Positions 10,101-19,909 of a stretch of DNA of 64,000 nt are shown here, piece after piece. Under the pieces are notes generated by a model. It ran no database searches. It saw only the letters and a program-made list of their open reading frames with translations, and was not told where the DNA came from. Made by a program: the position numbers and the translations under genes. Numbering within the stretch: the stretch's first letter is position 1; the number at the start of each line of letters is the position of its first letter. The DNA is from Candidatus Wolfebacteria bacterium RIFCSPLOWO2_01_FULL_47_17b (GTDB taxonomy: Bacteria > Patescibacteriota > Minisyncoccia > UBA6257 > JAGOQP01). The stretch covers positions 21,525-85,524 of the forward strand of contig MGIS01000024.1 in NCBI GenBank assembly GCA_001793865.1, in the 5' to 3' direction.

Positions 10101-10194
10101 AAATTATATGAATTATCCACACATCTTCGATTTGCGCGTAAATAATGTGTTATACTGTTTGAAAGGCCCTAAAAGCAATCACTAATTATTTATT

Positions 10195-11334
10195 ATGGAT
10201 CAAAACACGTCCTTCGATCCGATACAATCATCGGGTCAGCAAGATGATCGAAGTAAAGTTCCTCCTCCGCCCCCGTCATATGATCAACAGGTTGGGGTAC
10301 GAAGCATGGCTTCCGATATGCAGTCCATCCAGCAGTCCGGAGGCGAGTCGCCTCAGTCCCAGATACTCTCGGCACAGGATGTTTTCAAGTCGCCGCAGCA
10401 GGATCAGTCTCAATTTATTCCCCCAGCCACTCCGATGAGCGCGGTTCCTCCTCCACCGATGCCGGATATTCCCGGCATGATGCCGCAGGCACCCGATCAA
10501 CAGCAGGTAGTTATGGAACCTCCGGTGTCGCACGGATCGCCCCTCAAGACCATTCTTACGATATTCGGTATTGTTATCGTTGCGGCGGGCGTGGGATATG
10601 GAGTGTATTATCTTGTAAACTCGTTGAACTCTGGGCCAGCCGTTCCCGCGGTTCCTGCGTTTTCACCCAATCCGGCGCTTTCCGAGGAGCCGACGCCGGC
10701 CGCATCGACACCGTCTCCGCTAAGCCATTCATCGCTTATTCCCAACCCGGCAAAATCAGAGAGTATTCCGCTGACGATGATTGCGTTGGGAGATTTCAAA
10801 ACGGCTTTGTCGGCAGTATCAGCCCGGGAAAGCATGCTCGTGGGCACCGTAAAAGATCTTTCTTTTGTGACTGAAGCGGGGGTGCCGGTAAGTTCTGAAC
10901 AGTTTTTGACCGCGTTCTTTCCGTCAGCGGCCGCGAATATTTCATTTCTCTTTGAACAGGACTTTACCGCATGGTTGTATGGCGATCGTGTAGGCGGAAA
11001 TAAATTCGGTGTAGTGTTCGGGGTAAAGCAAGGAATCTCTGCTGAGCAATTAACCGCGTCACTCTCTCTTCTTGAGGGAAACACATCGGACATATCCAAT
11101 ATGTTTGTTTCATCGGTTTCGGCGGCAGGAACATCCGGTTTTGAAGGGGCTCCGATTGATGGCATTCCGGTTCGGTATCTGGTGCTTTCATCAAAGAATC
11201 AGCAGGTGTTTGAGTACGCGTCGGTGCAGATCGGCGGTAAGATGCACGTGATCATTACGACTTCCTACTATCAGATGCAGCACATACTTAATCTGCTCAA
11301 CGCCCAGCCGGTTGCCACAACTCCGACCGTGTAA
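10195..11334 (+). CDS. hypothetical Pro/Ser-rich membrane-anchored protein
   Basis: Long disordered P/Q/S-rich N-region, one TM helix, no recognised domain. Confidence 0.4.
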   Translation: MDQNTSFDPIQSSGQQDDRSKVPPPPPSYDQQVGVRSMASDMQSIQQSGGESPQSQILSAQDVFKSPQQDQSQFIPPATPMSAVPPPPMPDIPGMMPQAPDQQQVVMEPPVSHGSPLKTILTIFGIVIVAAGVGYGVYYLVNSLNSGPAVPAVPAFSPNPALSEEPTPAASTPSPLSHSSLIPNPAKSESIPLTMIALGDFKTALSAVSARESMLVGTVKDLSFVTEAGVPVSSEQFLTAFFPSAAANISFLFEQDFTAWLYGDRVGGNKFGVVFGVKQGISAEQLTASLSLLEGNTSDISNMFVSSVSAAGTSGFEGAPIDGIPVRYLVLSSKNQQVFEYASVQIGGKMHVIITTSYYQMQHILNLLNAQPVATTPTV

Positions 11335-12370
11335 GTTCTTGTAGCACCAACCCCAGTTCCTTTTGGGTGGTTTTGGTTTGGGAGAATATAATTATATTGC
11401 AACCTGCTTCAAGCGCGCGGAGGGCGCGGTCTTTGAGTGAGAATTGCGAGAATGCATCCATCTCCAAATCGTCGCTTATGGCCATGCCTTTGAATCCGAG
11501 TTCGTTTTGAAGCAAGGATTGTATGATTGTAGGAGAAAGGGCCGCGGGCAAAGAATCAAAGGCGGCGTATACGCTACCGCCGATCATGACCGCGGGGGGA
11601 TTGAAGCGTGAAATTATTTTTTTGAATGGCACAAGGTGCTTTTCGAGCTCTTGTTTGGAAGCAGGTACGGTTGCTATGGAATCGTGTGTGTCTACCGAGT
11701 CGTCGGTGTGGCCCGGAAAGTGTTTGAGCACCGGTATAACGCCGCCGTCTTCGTAACCTCGTAGCATCGCTCCCGCGAGCATCGTTATTATTTCGGGATC
11801 TTTTTGGAATGTTCGGTTATATAAAAAGGAATCTGGGTTCGTAATGTAATCAACAACGGGAGAAAAATTCATATCAATGCCGTACTCACGCAGCTGTTCG
11901 GCCCTCTTCCGCGCTATGAGGTACGCATCGGTTTCCGATGAAATGTCTTTTTGTGCCGTACTCTCCGTGCCGGGAAATGCTATGCGTGATACGTCGCCGC
12001 CTTCCTGGTCTATTGCGATTATAATTTCGGAATTGATCGCATGAATATCAGCGGTTAGTTTTTTCAATTGTGCGAGAGATTGGATGTTTCTGGATAGGAG
12101 TAAAATGCCGCCGATGTGATACGCGCGTATGAAATCGGCCGTTGTTTTGGAAAGCACCGTGTCGGTGACGCCGATCATCACTTGAGAAGGCGCGTGAGGT
12201 TCAACCTTGGTCTGGGAAGGTTGAACCTCGGCGATATTTAGTATGTTTGCCTGCAACGAAACAGAAGCCGTTGGGGTGGCTTTGGAAATGGCCGTGCAAG
12301 CGAACGCAAAAAATACCGAGAGCAGAATAAAGGAAAGTATATAGGGGGCGTGTATGAGCTTGCGGTTCAT
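11297..12370 (-). CDS. nagZ: beta-N-acetylhexosaminidase, glycoside hydrolase family 3 (NagZ-like), secreted
   Basis: GH3 motif 'KHFPGHTDDSVDTHDS', N-terminal signal peptide. Confidence 0.75.
   Translation of the reverse strand: MNRKLIHAPYILSFILLSVFFAFACTAISKATPTASVSLQANILNIAEVQPSQTKVEPHAPSQVMIGVTDTVLSKTTADFIRAYHIGGILLLSRNIQSLAQLKKLTADIHAINSEIIIAIDQEGGDVSRIAFPGTESTAQKDISSETDAYLIARKRAEQLREYGIDMNFSPVVDYITNPDSFLYNRTFQKDPEIITMLAGAMLRGYEDGGVIPVLKHFPGHTDDSVDTHDSIATVPASKQELEKHLVPFKKIISRFNPPAVMIGGSVYAAFDSLPAALSPTIIQSLLQNELGFKGMAISDDLEMDAFSQFSLKDRALRALEAGCNIIIFSQTKTTQKELGLVLQELTRSELWQPAGR
12198..12227. repeat. small palindromic element GGTTCAACC-TTGGTCTGGGAA-GGTTGAACC inserted in-frame in nagZ
   Basis: 9-bp perfect stem, 12-nt loop; same element in three other genes. 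Confidence 0.6.
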
Positions 12371-12396
12371 CGGTTACGAGTGTATACTATAAGCAT

Positions 12397-12738
12397 ATGT
12401 TAACAGCTCAGGAAGCACAAGAATTTAAAAAGATACTGCAAGAAGACAAGCATAAAACGCTTGCAGATCTTAAGGAGCTGGAATCGCCTCCCGATTTTGG
12501 AAATGAACCCGGGCCCGAGGACGAAATAGACGAGGCCAAACAGGCATTCGATAATGAAGGAAGCGCCAAAAGCTACCGCCGCCGCATATCGGAAATAGAT
12601 GCGGCACTTGCCCGCATTGAAAAAGGAACGTATGGAGTTTGCGAGAAAACAGGAAAGGAAATTCCCAAAGAGGTGCTGGAAATAAACCCGGTTGCTCGAT
12701 TCCACCCAGACTATCTGAAGCAATCCCACAACCCATAA
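12397..12738 (+). CDS. DksA/TraR-family C4 zinc-finger protein
   Basis: Coiled-coil N-terminus and C-terminal Cys-containing 'TYGVCEKTGKEIP...ARF' region. Confidence 0.65.
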   Translation: MLTAQEAQEFKKILQEDKHKTLADLKELESPPDFGNEPGPEDEIDEAKQAFDNEGSAKSYRRRISEIDAALARIEKGTYGVCEKTGKEIPKEVLEINPVARFHPDYLKQSHNP

Positions 12739-12772
12739 TTTACTCCGCCAGCTGGCGGATCACAACTTATCA

Positions 12773-14320
12773 ATGGCTGTCAAACATACAACTGCAAAAC
12801 TATACTGCGCCGAACTGGAGGGCGTTGTTTCTCGTTGTATTGAAGTTGAGGTGGACCTGCACCCTGGACTGAGCGCGTTTACAATTGTGGGACTTGGGGA
12901 CAAAGCCGTGTCCGAAGCGAAGGAACGCGTGCAAGCGGCTATAAAAAATTCCGGTATGAAGCCTCCCAACAAACAGAATCGCAAACTCACCGTAAATCTC
13001 GCTCCGGCGGACGTGAAGAAAAACGGATCGCAGTACGACATGGCTATCGCGCTCGGGTATTTGCTTGCGTCCGAACAGATGGCAGTATTCGATGCTTCCA
13101 AGAAACTCTTCTTGGGTGAGCTAGCTTTGGACGGCGCAATACGCCCAGTCCCGGGCGTGCTGAATGCATGTTTGATGGCCCGCGAACGCGGTATAGAGCA
13201 GGTATATGTGCCGCAGGGCAATGCGCCGGAAGTGAGGCACCTGTCTGAGCCTCGTGTTATTCCCGTCGGGCATATGCGTGGACTGGTTGCGCTGCTGGAG
13301 GGTAAGGTGCGTTACGCGTGCGCCGAGGCCGATCCGTTCGCGGCTGAGCAAACGCCCGGCGCAGTGGATATATCCGAGATACGCGGTCAGTCGGCGGCGA
13401 AGCGAACGCTTCTTGTCGCGGCGGCTGGAGGGCATAACCTGCTTATGTCAGGTCCGCCCGGCGCGGGTAAGACCATGCTGGCACAATCGCTTGTTTCTAT
13501 TCTGCCTGCTCTTGCGTTTGAAGAGGCGTTGGAATGCACGCAGATATACAGTGCGGCGGGACTTTTGCTGGATCGTCCGTTTATGTCGTATCGTCCGTTC
13601 CGATCTCCGCATCACAGCGCGTCGCTGGCGTCGGTGGTGGGAGGCGGAACAAATCCGCGGCCGGGTGAAGTTAGTTTGGCGCACCGGGGAGTGCTCTTTA
13701 TGGATGAATTTCCCGAATTCCATCGGGATGTACTGGAGGCGCTTCGCCAGCCGTTGGAACAAGGCACGGTTGTCGTGGCTCGCGCCAAGAGTACACATGT
13801 TTTTCCCTCCAAATTTATGCTTGTGGCCGCGGCAAATCCCTGCCCATGCGGTTACTACCAAGACGAGGAGAAGGAGTGCGTGTGCAGTCCTCGAGAAATT
13901 CACCGGTATTCCAAGAAATTGTCGGGGCCGTTGCTTGATCGTATAGACCTGCACATATGGGTACCGCGCCTTCGCTCCGAGGATCTGGTAAAGGATATCA
14001 ACGTCGCCGAATCCGACGCCGCGCGAGCACGTGTGCAGGAGGCTCGGGCGCGGCAAGCGGAACGATTTAGGCAAGCCGGACTTGGCCATTTTTCGAATTC
14101 CGAACTTACCTCAAAACAAGCGACGGAGCATATCCGTATCTCCCAGAGGGCAAAGGCCATGCTTGATCGGATGCTTGATGCGGCAAAGATCTCTGCACGC
14201 GGGTATTTTAAATCGATGAAAGTTGCTCAAACCATAGCGGACTTGGATGGTAGAGGTGAGGTTGACGAAGCGTGCATTCATGAAGCATTTTCGTATAGGA
14301 TACGTAATGTGGAGCACTGA
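12773..14320 (+). CDS. comM: YifB/ComM-family Mg-chelatase-like AAA+ ATPase
   Basis: Walker A 'GPPGAGKT', ChlI-like core, 'LFMDEFPEF' Walker B. Confidence 0.85.
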   Translation: MAVKHTTAKLYCAELEGVVSRCIEVEVDLHPGLSAFTIVGLGDKAVSEAKERVQAAIKNSGMKPPNKQNRKLTVNLAPADVKKNGSQYDMAIALGYLLASEQMAVFDASKKLFLGELALDGAIRPVPGVLNACLMARERGIEQVYVPQGNAPEVRHLSEPRVIPVGHMRGLVALLEGKVRYACAEADPFAAEQTPGAVDISEIRGQSAAKRTLLVAAAGGHNLLMSGPPGAGKTMLAQSLVSILPALAFEEALECTQIYSAAGLLLDRPFMSYRPFRSPHHSASLASVVGGGTNPRPGEVSLAHRGVLFMDEFPEFHRDVLEALRQPLEQGTVVVARAKSTHVFPSKFMLVAAANPCPCGYYQDEEKECVCSPREIHRYSKKLSGPLLDRIDLHIWVPRLRSEDLVKDINVAESDAARARVQEARARQAERFRQAGLGHFSNSELTSKQATEHIRISQRAKAMLDRMLDAAKISARGYFKSMKVAQTIADLDGRGEVDEACIHEAFSYRIRNVEH

Positions 14321-14342
14321 TTCTGTAACCTTTCAAATCCCC

Positions 14343-15106
14343 ACGAGGCTCAGCCTCGTAGAGAAAGTATGAGAAAGTTAGCTTTTGTAAATGGTGGTAT
14401 ATATCACATCTATAACCGCGGAGTTGAAAAACTCCCCGTTTTTCATGATAGTCATGATTGTTTCAGGTTTTTGTATGGCCTTTATGAATTTAATGACAAA
14501 AATCCTGCCGAAAATATTTACTTTAAAGAACCTTCTTTAAAGTCCTACGAGGCTGAGCCTCGTAGGGAGCTTATCCTTAAGGATCGCGAACAAGTTGTCC
14601 ATATATACGCGTATTGCCTTATAGATAATCACTTCCATCTTATGGCCAGGCAAATAGAAGAAGGGGGAATTGTAAAATTTATGCATAAATTAGGGACGGG
14701 GTATACTGGGTTTTCCAATAAAAAATATGAAAGGTCAGGGCATCTTTTTCAAGGAAGATTTAAAGCGGTTTCCATAGAGAAGGAATCTCAATTATTGTAT
14801 CTTCCATATTATATCCATGCGAATACACTTGATATGTATATGCCCGGATGGAGAGAGGATGGTGTTGCTAACCTCAATAAGGCAATGCAAATTCTTGAAA
14901 ACTATGAGTATAGCAGTTATTCGGAGTATGCATGCGAACAAGGGAATTATCGGAATCCTATTTTAGAAAAAGATTTTTTATCAGGAGTTTTAGGATCCCC
15001 AGAACAATATAAAAAAGATATGATGAAGTGGCTTAAGGAAAAAAATAGATTCGAAAAATTAGGCGGAGTAACGATAGAGTCATAGTTCTACGAGGCTGAG
15101 CCTCGT
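14343..15106. mobile_element. IS200-like unit / RAYT with REP-like palindromes ACGAGGCT(C/G)AGCCTCGT at 14343-14359, 14545-14565 (internal) and 15090-15106
   Basis: Three copies of the same perfect 17-nt palindrome bracketing and within the HuH gene. Confidence 0.55.
14369..15085 (+). CDS. IS200/IS605-like (RAYT-like) HuH Y1 transposase family protein
   Basis: HuH motif 'DNHFHLM', family resemblance to COG1943; flanked by REP-like palindromes. Confidence 0.6.
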   Translation: MRKLAFVNGGIYHIYNRGVEKLPVFHDSHDCFRFLYGLYEFNDKNPAENIYFKEPSLKSYEAEPRRELILKDREQVVHIYAYCLIDNHFHLMARQIEEGGIVKFMHKLGTGYTGFSNKKYERSGHLFQGRFKAVSIEKESQLLYLPYYIHANTLDMYMPGWREDGVANLNKAMQILENYEYSSYSEYACEQGNYRNPILEKDFLSGVLGSPEQYKKDMMKWLKEKNRFEKLGGVTIES

Positions 15107-15129
15107 GGAAACTATACACTCATCCTCTT

Positions 15130-16929
15130 TTGCTTTACACTGGCGTTATGTTTTCGGACTTGAACGACAAACAAAGAGAGGCGGTGTTTGCGGGGGATGG
15201 GCCGCTTTTGATAGTGGCGGGCGCGGGATCTGGCAAAACCAAAACACTTATTTCTCGGATCTTGTATTTTATTGCCGAGAAAAAGATCGAGCCGGCGAGG
15301 ATACTTGCTATTACGTTTACAAACAAGGCGGCTGATGAAATGAAATCCCGCGTGCTCGCCGCGCTCAAAAAAAGCGGTATCGGTATCCATTCCGAGCCGC
15401 GATTGAGCACCTTCCATTCATTCGGCGCGGCGTTGCTGCGTGATATGTGCGAGTACGCGGGTCGCACGAAGACTTTTTCCATATACGACGATGATGACTC
15501 GATCAAGCTTCTGCGCGACATAGTGAAACATAAAAATCTTGAAAAAGGAAAAGGAGCCGGCTACTTTGTGCGTGAAATATCCCGCATAAAAAGTGAGTTA
15601 GTCGGCAAAGCTGAATTCAGCGGGGAGGATGTTGTGCGGGAGGTATATGAGGAATACGAAGCTATGCTTAAAAAAAACAATGCGTTTGATTTTGATGATC
15701 TGATTGAAAAAGTGGTGCGCATATTTCAGGTCCACCGTGACGTGCTGGAGGAATATCAGAAGCGCTATACCCATGTGCTTGTGGACGAATACCAGGACGT
15801 GAATACCTCGCAGTATTGGATGCTGAAATTACTCGCGCAGAAACACGCCAACGTGACGGTCGTCGGAGACGATGCGCAATCCATATACCGGTTCCGATTC
15901 TCTGATTTTAGGAATTTTTTGAACTTCGAACAAAGTTGGCCGAATGCGAAGGTAATTTTTTTGGAGCAGAACTACCGTTCTTCTAAAAATATCATTGAGG
16001 CATCTTCGGATCTGATCGCAAAGAATACACAACAAAAGAAAAAGAATTTATGGACCGAGAATAGCCAAGGCGTGCCGGTGCAAGTCGTTGAGCATTCCGA
16101 TGAATTTAGCGAGGCTGATTTTATTGTCACCAAGGGGCGCGATCTTCAGAAGCTTACGAAGCATATCGGGATTCTGTTCCGTACAAACGCGCAGTCGCGC
16201 GCGCTGGAGCAGATGCTTATTGAATACGGCGTGGAGTACCGCCTATTCGGGGCGGTGAGTTTTTATGAGCGTAAGGAGATACGCGATGTGGTAGCGGCGC
16301 TGCGGTACGCGCACAATCCCGCCGATGAAGTCGCGCTTGATCGGCTGAAAAAGAACCTGTACAAAAAGCATTTTGTCTTGCTACGTGACGAGCTGCCGCA
16401 AAGAGCGCATGGAGTTTCTCCGACGAAGGTTATTTCGTATTTTATGGACGCGGTTTCGTATCCCGCGTATCTGCAGTCGGAATTTTCAAATTTTACTGAG
16501 CGGTTGGAAAACGTGCAGGAGCTTTTAAATTTTGCCGAGCAATTCGATTCTCTTGGGGCGTTTTTGGAAAAAATAGCGTTGGTGGATGCTTTTGATTCGG
16601 GGCGAAGGAAAAAGAAGTCTCGGCATGAACAGGGACCGACCATCGATTTAATGACTATACACCTCGCAAAAGGGCTTGAATTCGATGTGGTTCTGGTGGC
16701 GGGGGTCAATGAGGGAACGCTGCCGCATAGCCGGTCGTATTATTCGATGGACGAATTGGAGGAAGAACGGCGGCTGATGTATGTGGCGATGACGCGGGCC
16801 AAAGAGCAGTTGTATTTGAATTTCTATCACACGCCTTCGCGATTCCTATTTGAACTTCCGGGTAATAAGATTGTGTTCCATGGAGAAAAATCACTTGAGG
16901 ATGAAGAACGGTATATAGAATATGACTAA
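15130..16929 (+). CDS. UvrD/PcrA-family ATP-dependent DNA helicase (short)
   Basis: Walker A 'GAGSGKTKTL', 'VLVDEYQDVN' motif II, UvrD C-terminal motifs. Confidence 0.85.
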   Translation: MLYTGVMFSDLNDKQREAVFAGDGPLLIVAGAGSGKTKTLISRILYFIAEKKIEPARILAITFTNKAADEMKSRVLAALKKSGIGIHSEPRLSTFHSFGAALLRDMCEYAGRTKTFSIYDDDDSIKLLRDIVKHKNLEKGKGAGYFVREISRIKSELVGKAEFSGEDVVREVYEEYEAMLKKNNAFDFDDLIEKVVRIFQVHRDVLEEYQKRYTHVLVDEYQDVNTSQYWMLKLLAQKHANVTVVGDDAQSIYRFRFSDFRNFLNFEQSWPNAKVIFLEQNYRSSKNIIEASSDLIAKNTQQKKKNLWTENSQGVPVQVVEHSDEFSEADFIVTKGRDLQKLTKHIGILFRTNAQSRALEQMLIEYGVEYRLFGAVSFYERKEIRDVVAALRYAHNPADEVALDRLKKNLYKKHFVLLRDELPQRAHGVSPTKVISYFMDAVSYPAYLQSEFSNFTERLENVQELLNFAEQFDSLGAFLEKIALVDAFDSGRRKKKSRHEQGPTIDLMTIHLAKGLEFDVVLVAGVNEGTLPHSRSYYSMDELEEERRLMYVAMTRAKEQLYLNFYHTPSRFLFELPGNKIVFHGEKSLEDEERYIEYD

Positions 16930-17719
16930 CAAACGACTCGGTCAGCATTTTTTACAGAATGGAGCTAAGCTACAAAAGATTGCAGACGCTCTTGAGATAC
17001 AAAAAGGGGATGTGATAATCGAGATTGGCCCCGGTAGAGGCGAACTTACTGAAAAACTTCTTGCCGCGGGCGCACGTGTGATTGCTATTGAAAAGGATGT
17101 ATTGTTGTGGTCAAGGCCGGGTCTCGACCACCTCGAGATGGTGTACGGCGATGTGCGAGAAAAGCTTTCGGTTGTTGTGAAATCTTTAGAAAAGAAACCC
17201 TACTTTCTTGCAGGAAATATCCCTTACTATCTGACGGGGTATTTGTTGCGAATGATAGGAGATATTGAGCACAAGCCGGTGCGGACAGTTTTTACGATTC
17301 AAAAGGAAGTTGCTGAGCGAATATGTAAAACCGAGGAGGTTGGCATGAATATATTAGCGGCTTCCATTTTGTGGTGGGCTGACGCGGCATACATTACCAC
17401 AATTCCGCGAAAAATGTTCAATCCTCCGCCGAAGATTGATTCCGCCGTAATCTTACTGAAAACAAAGCCAGCTTTCATAAAGGGTGGAACGAGGCAGCTC
17501 CGTGACCACGCTGATTATATGAAATTCGTGAAAGTTTTATTCGCGCATCCACGCAAAACAGCGCTATCGAATCTCCTCGCATTGTATAAAAAGAAGGCCG
17601 TGTTGGTCACCTTTACTGCATTGGATATTAGTGCGAATATTCGTCCCGAAAGACTCTCATTTGAGAAAATTTTAGAATTATATAAAACATTGCCCTCACT
17701 TAAGGACGATCGTCCTTAA
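16922..17719 (+). CDS. rsmA: 16S rRNA (adenine1518/1519-N6)-dimethyltransferase
   Basis: 'LGQHFLQN' and SAM-binding 'IEIGPGRGELT' KsgA motifs. Confidence 0.85.
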   Translation: MTNKRLGQHFLQNGAKLQKIADALEIQKGDVIIEIGPGRGELTEKLLAAGARVIAIEKDVLLWSRPGLDHLEMVYGDVREKLSVVVKSLEKKPYFLAGNIPYYLTGYLLRMIGDIEHKPVRTVFTIQKEVAERICKTEEVGMNILAASILWWADAAYITTIPRKMFNPPPKIDSAVILLKTKPAFIKGGTRQLRDHADYMKFVKVLFAHPRKTALSNLLALYKKKAVLVTFTALDISANIRPERLSFEKILELYKTLPSLKDDRP

Positions 17720-17725
17720 GTGAGG
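17694..17725. repeat. perfect 32-nt palindrome CCTCACTTAAGGACGATCGTCCTTAAGTGAGG overlapping rsmA 3' end
   Basis: Exact palindrome between convergent genes; related copies at 18383-18424 and 19650-19691. Confidence 0.7.
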
Positions 17726-17727
17726 AA

Positions 17728-18300
17728 CTAAATTCCAAAGTGATATTTAAGTTTATCTTCTCCTTCAAAATGATCCACATACGCAATAAGTATGTGATCT
17801 CGAATTGCGTAAAACGACGCGATGAAATCTATTTCGTCTTCGCACGAGTACGGAATAATAGCCACGCTCCTTTGGAGGAAATAAAAACCCATTCGATAAA
17901 GATGCCTTCGTAGAGCATTCCGCGCGGTTTTGTATTTTTCAGGAACGTCGAATGAAACAATTCGCCATTTTTTGTCCCATCGTCCCGCCGTCTTCAGCTC
18001 TATGTGTTCAATATCAAATTGCAAAACTTTTTCTTTTCCGGTTTTCAGTATTTTTATCTCTATGTTGCCATCCGCGAGTTCTTTGTAATCAACCATCTCT
18101 CGTTTCTGGAGGACGCGCAGATCCCGCATGAATTTATCTTTTTCAAAACACCTTTTTCGATAATAGATTTTTGCCAGTTCCGAGAGGATACGCGCGCCGC
18201 CAGCTGGATTGGTAAGTGAGACAACGGCAATTCCCGTGCCGATTGCAAGGTATTTCAATATAAGATGCGAGCGAGAGTTTCTATATATATTTTTTGCCAT
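17728..18300 (-). CDS. hypothetical protein with PaaX-C-like 'RWDKKWRIVSFDVPE' motif, possible regulator
   Basis: Weak motif resemblance only. Confidence 0.3.
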   Translation of the reverse strand: MAKNIYRNSRSHLILKYLAIGTGIAVVSLTNPAGGARILSELAKIYYRKRCFEKDKFMRDLRVLQKREMVDYKELADGNIEIKILKTGKEKVLQFDIEHIELKTAGRWDKKWRIVSFDVPEKYKTARNALRRHLYRMGFYFLQRSVAIIPYSCEDEIDFIASFYAIRDHILIAYVDHFEGEDKLKYHFGI

Positions 18301-18382
18301 AACAGCCGAGCACTATTCGTGCTCCTATTATCACTCCCTCTGTATATAAAATCAACCCCCAGTTAGGCGATTGTCAGATGTT

Positions 18383-18424
18383 CTGCCCCCACTTAAGAAC
18401 GATCGTTCATAAGTGAGGGCAGGG
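18383..18424. repeat. imperfect palindrome with ACGATCGT core (family copy 2)
   Basis: 'CTGCCCCCACTTAAGAACGATCGTTCATAAGTGAGGGCAGGG'. Confidence 0.6.
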
Positions 18425-18461
18425 AGAGTGGCGGGAAGAGAATTTAAAAGAGTCAGGGCGG

Positions 18462-18800
18462 CTAGAAAGGAAATAGGCCGCAACGTATGACTCCGTCCGC
18501 AAGCTCATGACAGGTAAAAAATAATTCTATGACGGTTTCGTATAGAAAGTAGATAAGCAGACATCCATATGCGGCAAGCGTTCCTATTCCCGTCCATTTT
18601 AAGAAGTTATTTCCATTTTTTCTGGATTTTGATATGAGGATTATGGGCACAGAAATGAAAGCGATTAAGAATAGAAGCGACAGATTTGCCCCGACTGATC
18701 CGAGTCCGAGAATTCCTGAAAGGCGAAACAAACCCAATACAGCAGCAAAAATGGCAATGCCGGTTATAACTCCGCTGATCTTTTGATATGCGTTCTTCAT
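18462..18800 (-). CDS. small integral membrane protein, hypothetical
   Basis: 112 aa, 3-4 TM helices. Confidence 0.4.
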   Translation of the reverse strand: MKNAYQKISGVITGIAIFAAVLGLFRLSGILGLGSVGANLSLLFLIAFISVPIILISKSRKNGNNFLKWTGIGTLAAYGCLLIYFLYETVIELFFTCHELADGVIRCGLFPF

Positions 18801-18836
18801 TTTTAAATTTGGTTATAATGTAGTATCAGCCGCCAT

Positions 18837-19601
18837 TTAGCGGTAGATACAATAGGGATTTGGGGAGATGGCGCAGGGATCGTTTTTCTCTTTTGCCGTA
18901 ATACATGATTCGTTTTTGTTTGTCGTATACACATATCTTTGCGAGCCCGTGTATTCGGCGGGTTTTGGCACCGGAAAAGTGTCCAATTTTTTTTCTAGCT
19001 CCATCAGGTTATTCGCGTATACTCCGAATTTTGTAAAATACAGTACCTGAAGAGCCTCTATTTTTTGTATATCCGCTTTTGCGCGTGCGGTGCTTGCGGT
19101 TGATTTGCAATATACACCCGGAATACTTTCCCAGATTGAAGCGATAATAATCACGTAGCTGACAACGTTTATGATCGTCATAAGCACGAGGGCTTGATTT
19201 TGCGTGAAATTATATTTTTCTTTGATCTTTTTTGTGAAGAATGCGAGTTCGAAAAATACGGTGAATATAAAGAATATTGGGAAGAGAATGTATATAGATT
19301 GCTTGTCGGGTCGGGCGATAATAGAAGTCGCAAAAAATCCGAGGATGGATGTTACGAAATTCCCAAGAATGATAATGAATAGAATGTGTTTTACCGCAAG
19401 CCATTTTTTGTATATGAACTTTGAAGCGATAATGAGCGTGATTGCTTCGGATATAACCACCACAGCAAAGAGAACGAACACATTTCCGAATGCTTCTATG
19501 ATAGTTGGAGACATGCCAACGATCATATCTGCATATGCAAAGGATGTGGACAGCAGGATTCCGGCCGCAATAAGAGTTGGTAGAAGCGGGGCTTTTTTCA
19601 T
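18837..19601 (-). CDS. polytopic membrane protein with C-terminal pilin-like Cys-containing segment, hypothetical
   Basis: Multiple TMs; C-terminal 'ARAKADIQKIEALQVLYFTKFGVYA' resembles type IV pilin post-helix region. Confidence 0.35.
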   Translation of the reverse strand: MKKAPLLPTLIAAGILLSTSFAYADMIVGMSPTIIEAFGNVFVLFAVVVISEAITLIIASKFIYKKWLAVKHILFIIILGNFVTSILGFFATSIIARPDKQSIYILFPIFFIFTVFFELAFFTKKIKEKYNFTQNQALVLMTIINVVSYVIIIASIWESIPGVYCKSTASTARAKADIQKIEALQVLYFTKFGVYANNLMELEKKLDTFPVPKPAEYTGSQRYVYTTNKNESCITAKEKNDPCAISPNPYCIYR

Positions 19602-19649
19602 GTTGCTTTAAGTATAAGTCGTGTCTGCGAAAGTTCAAGCTATACGTGT

Positions 19650-19691
19650 CCCTGCCTTCACTTATGAACGATCGTCCATAAGCGAGGGCAG
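19650..19691. repeat. imperfect palindrome with ACGATCGT core (family copy 3, inverted relative to copy 2)
   Basis: 'CCCTGCCTTCACTTATGAACGATCGTCCATAAGCGAGGGCAGG'. Confidence 0.6.
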
Positions 19692-19779
19692 GTAGAGGGG
19701 GCGGTTGGTGAGGGGGATTTTATGCACATTTTTCGTTTGTATAAAGACCTCCACTAGTAGTATACTTATATTGTATGAA

Positions 19780-19909
19780 CCCCGCTAGAAGCCCTTGGCT
19801 GAAAATTTTTAACGAAATTTTCTGCGGGGCGCGAGCGGGGAGTTGTGCTATGGATAATCAAGTCACCCGAAATGAGCATGGGCTCTATAAGGACAGGCTT
19901 CTAACGGGG
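19780..19909. mobile_element. MITE-like element (TIR CCCCGCTAGAAG / CTTCTAACGGGG) immediately upstream of and overlapping start of ORF 19909
   Basis: Terminal inverted repeats with one mismatch; homologous to 58508-58634 copy; flanking TGAA direct repeat. Confidence 0.6.

Noticed and set aside
13121-14089. Several Arg-rich ORFs (13254..13946 +, 13448..14089 -) inside comM
   Set aside because: They are shadow ORFs on other frames and strands of a well-supported YifB/ComM gene with intact Walker motifs.
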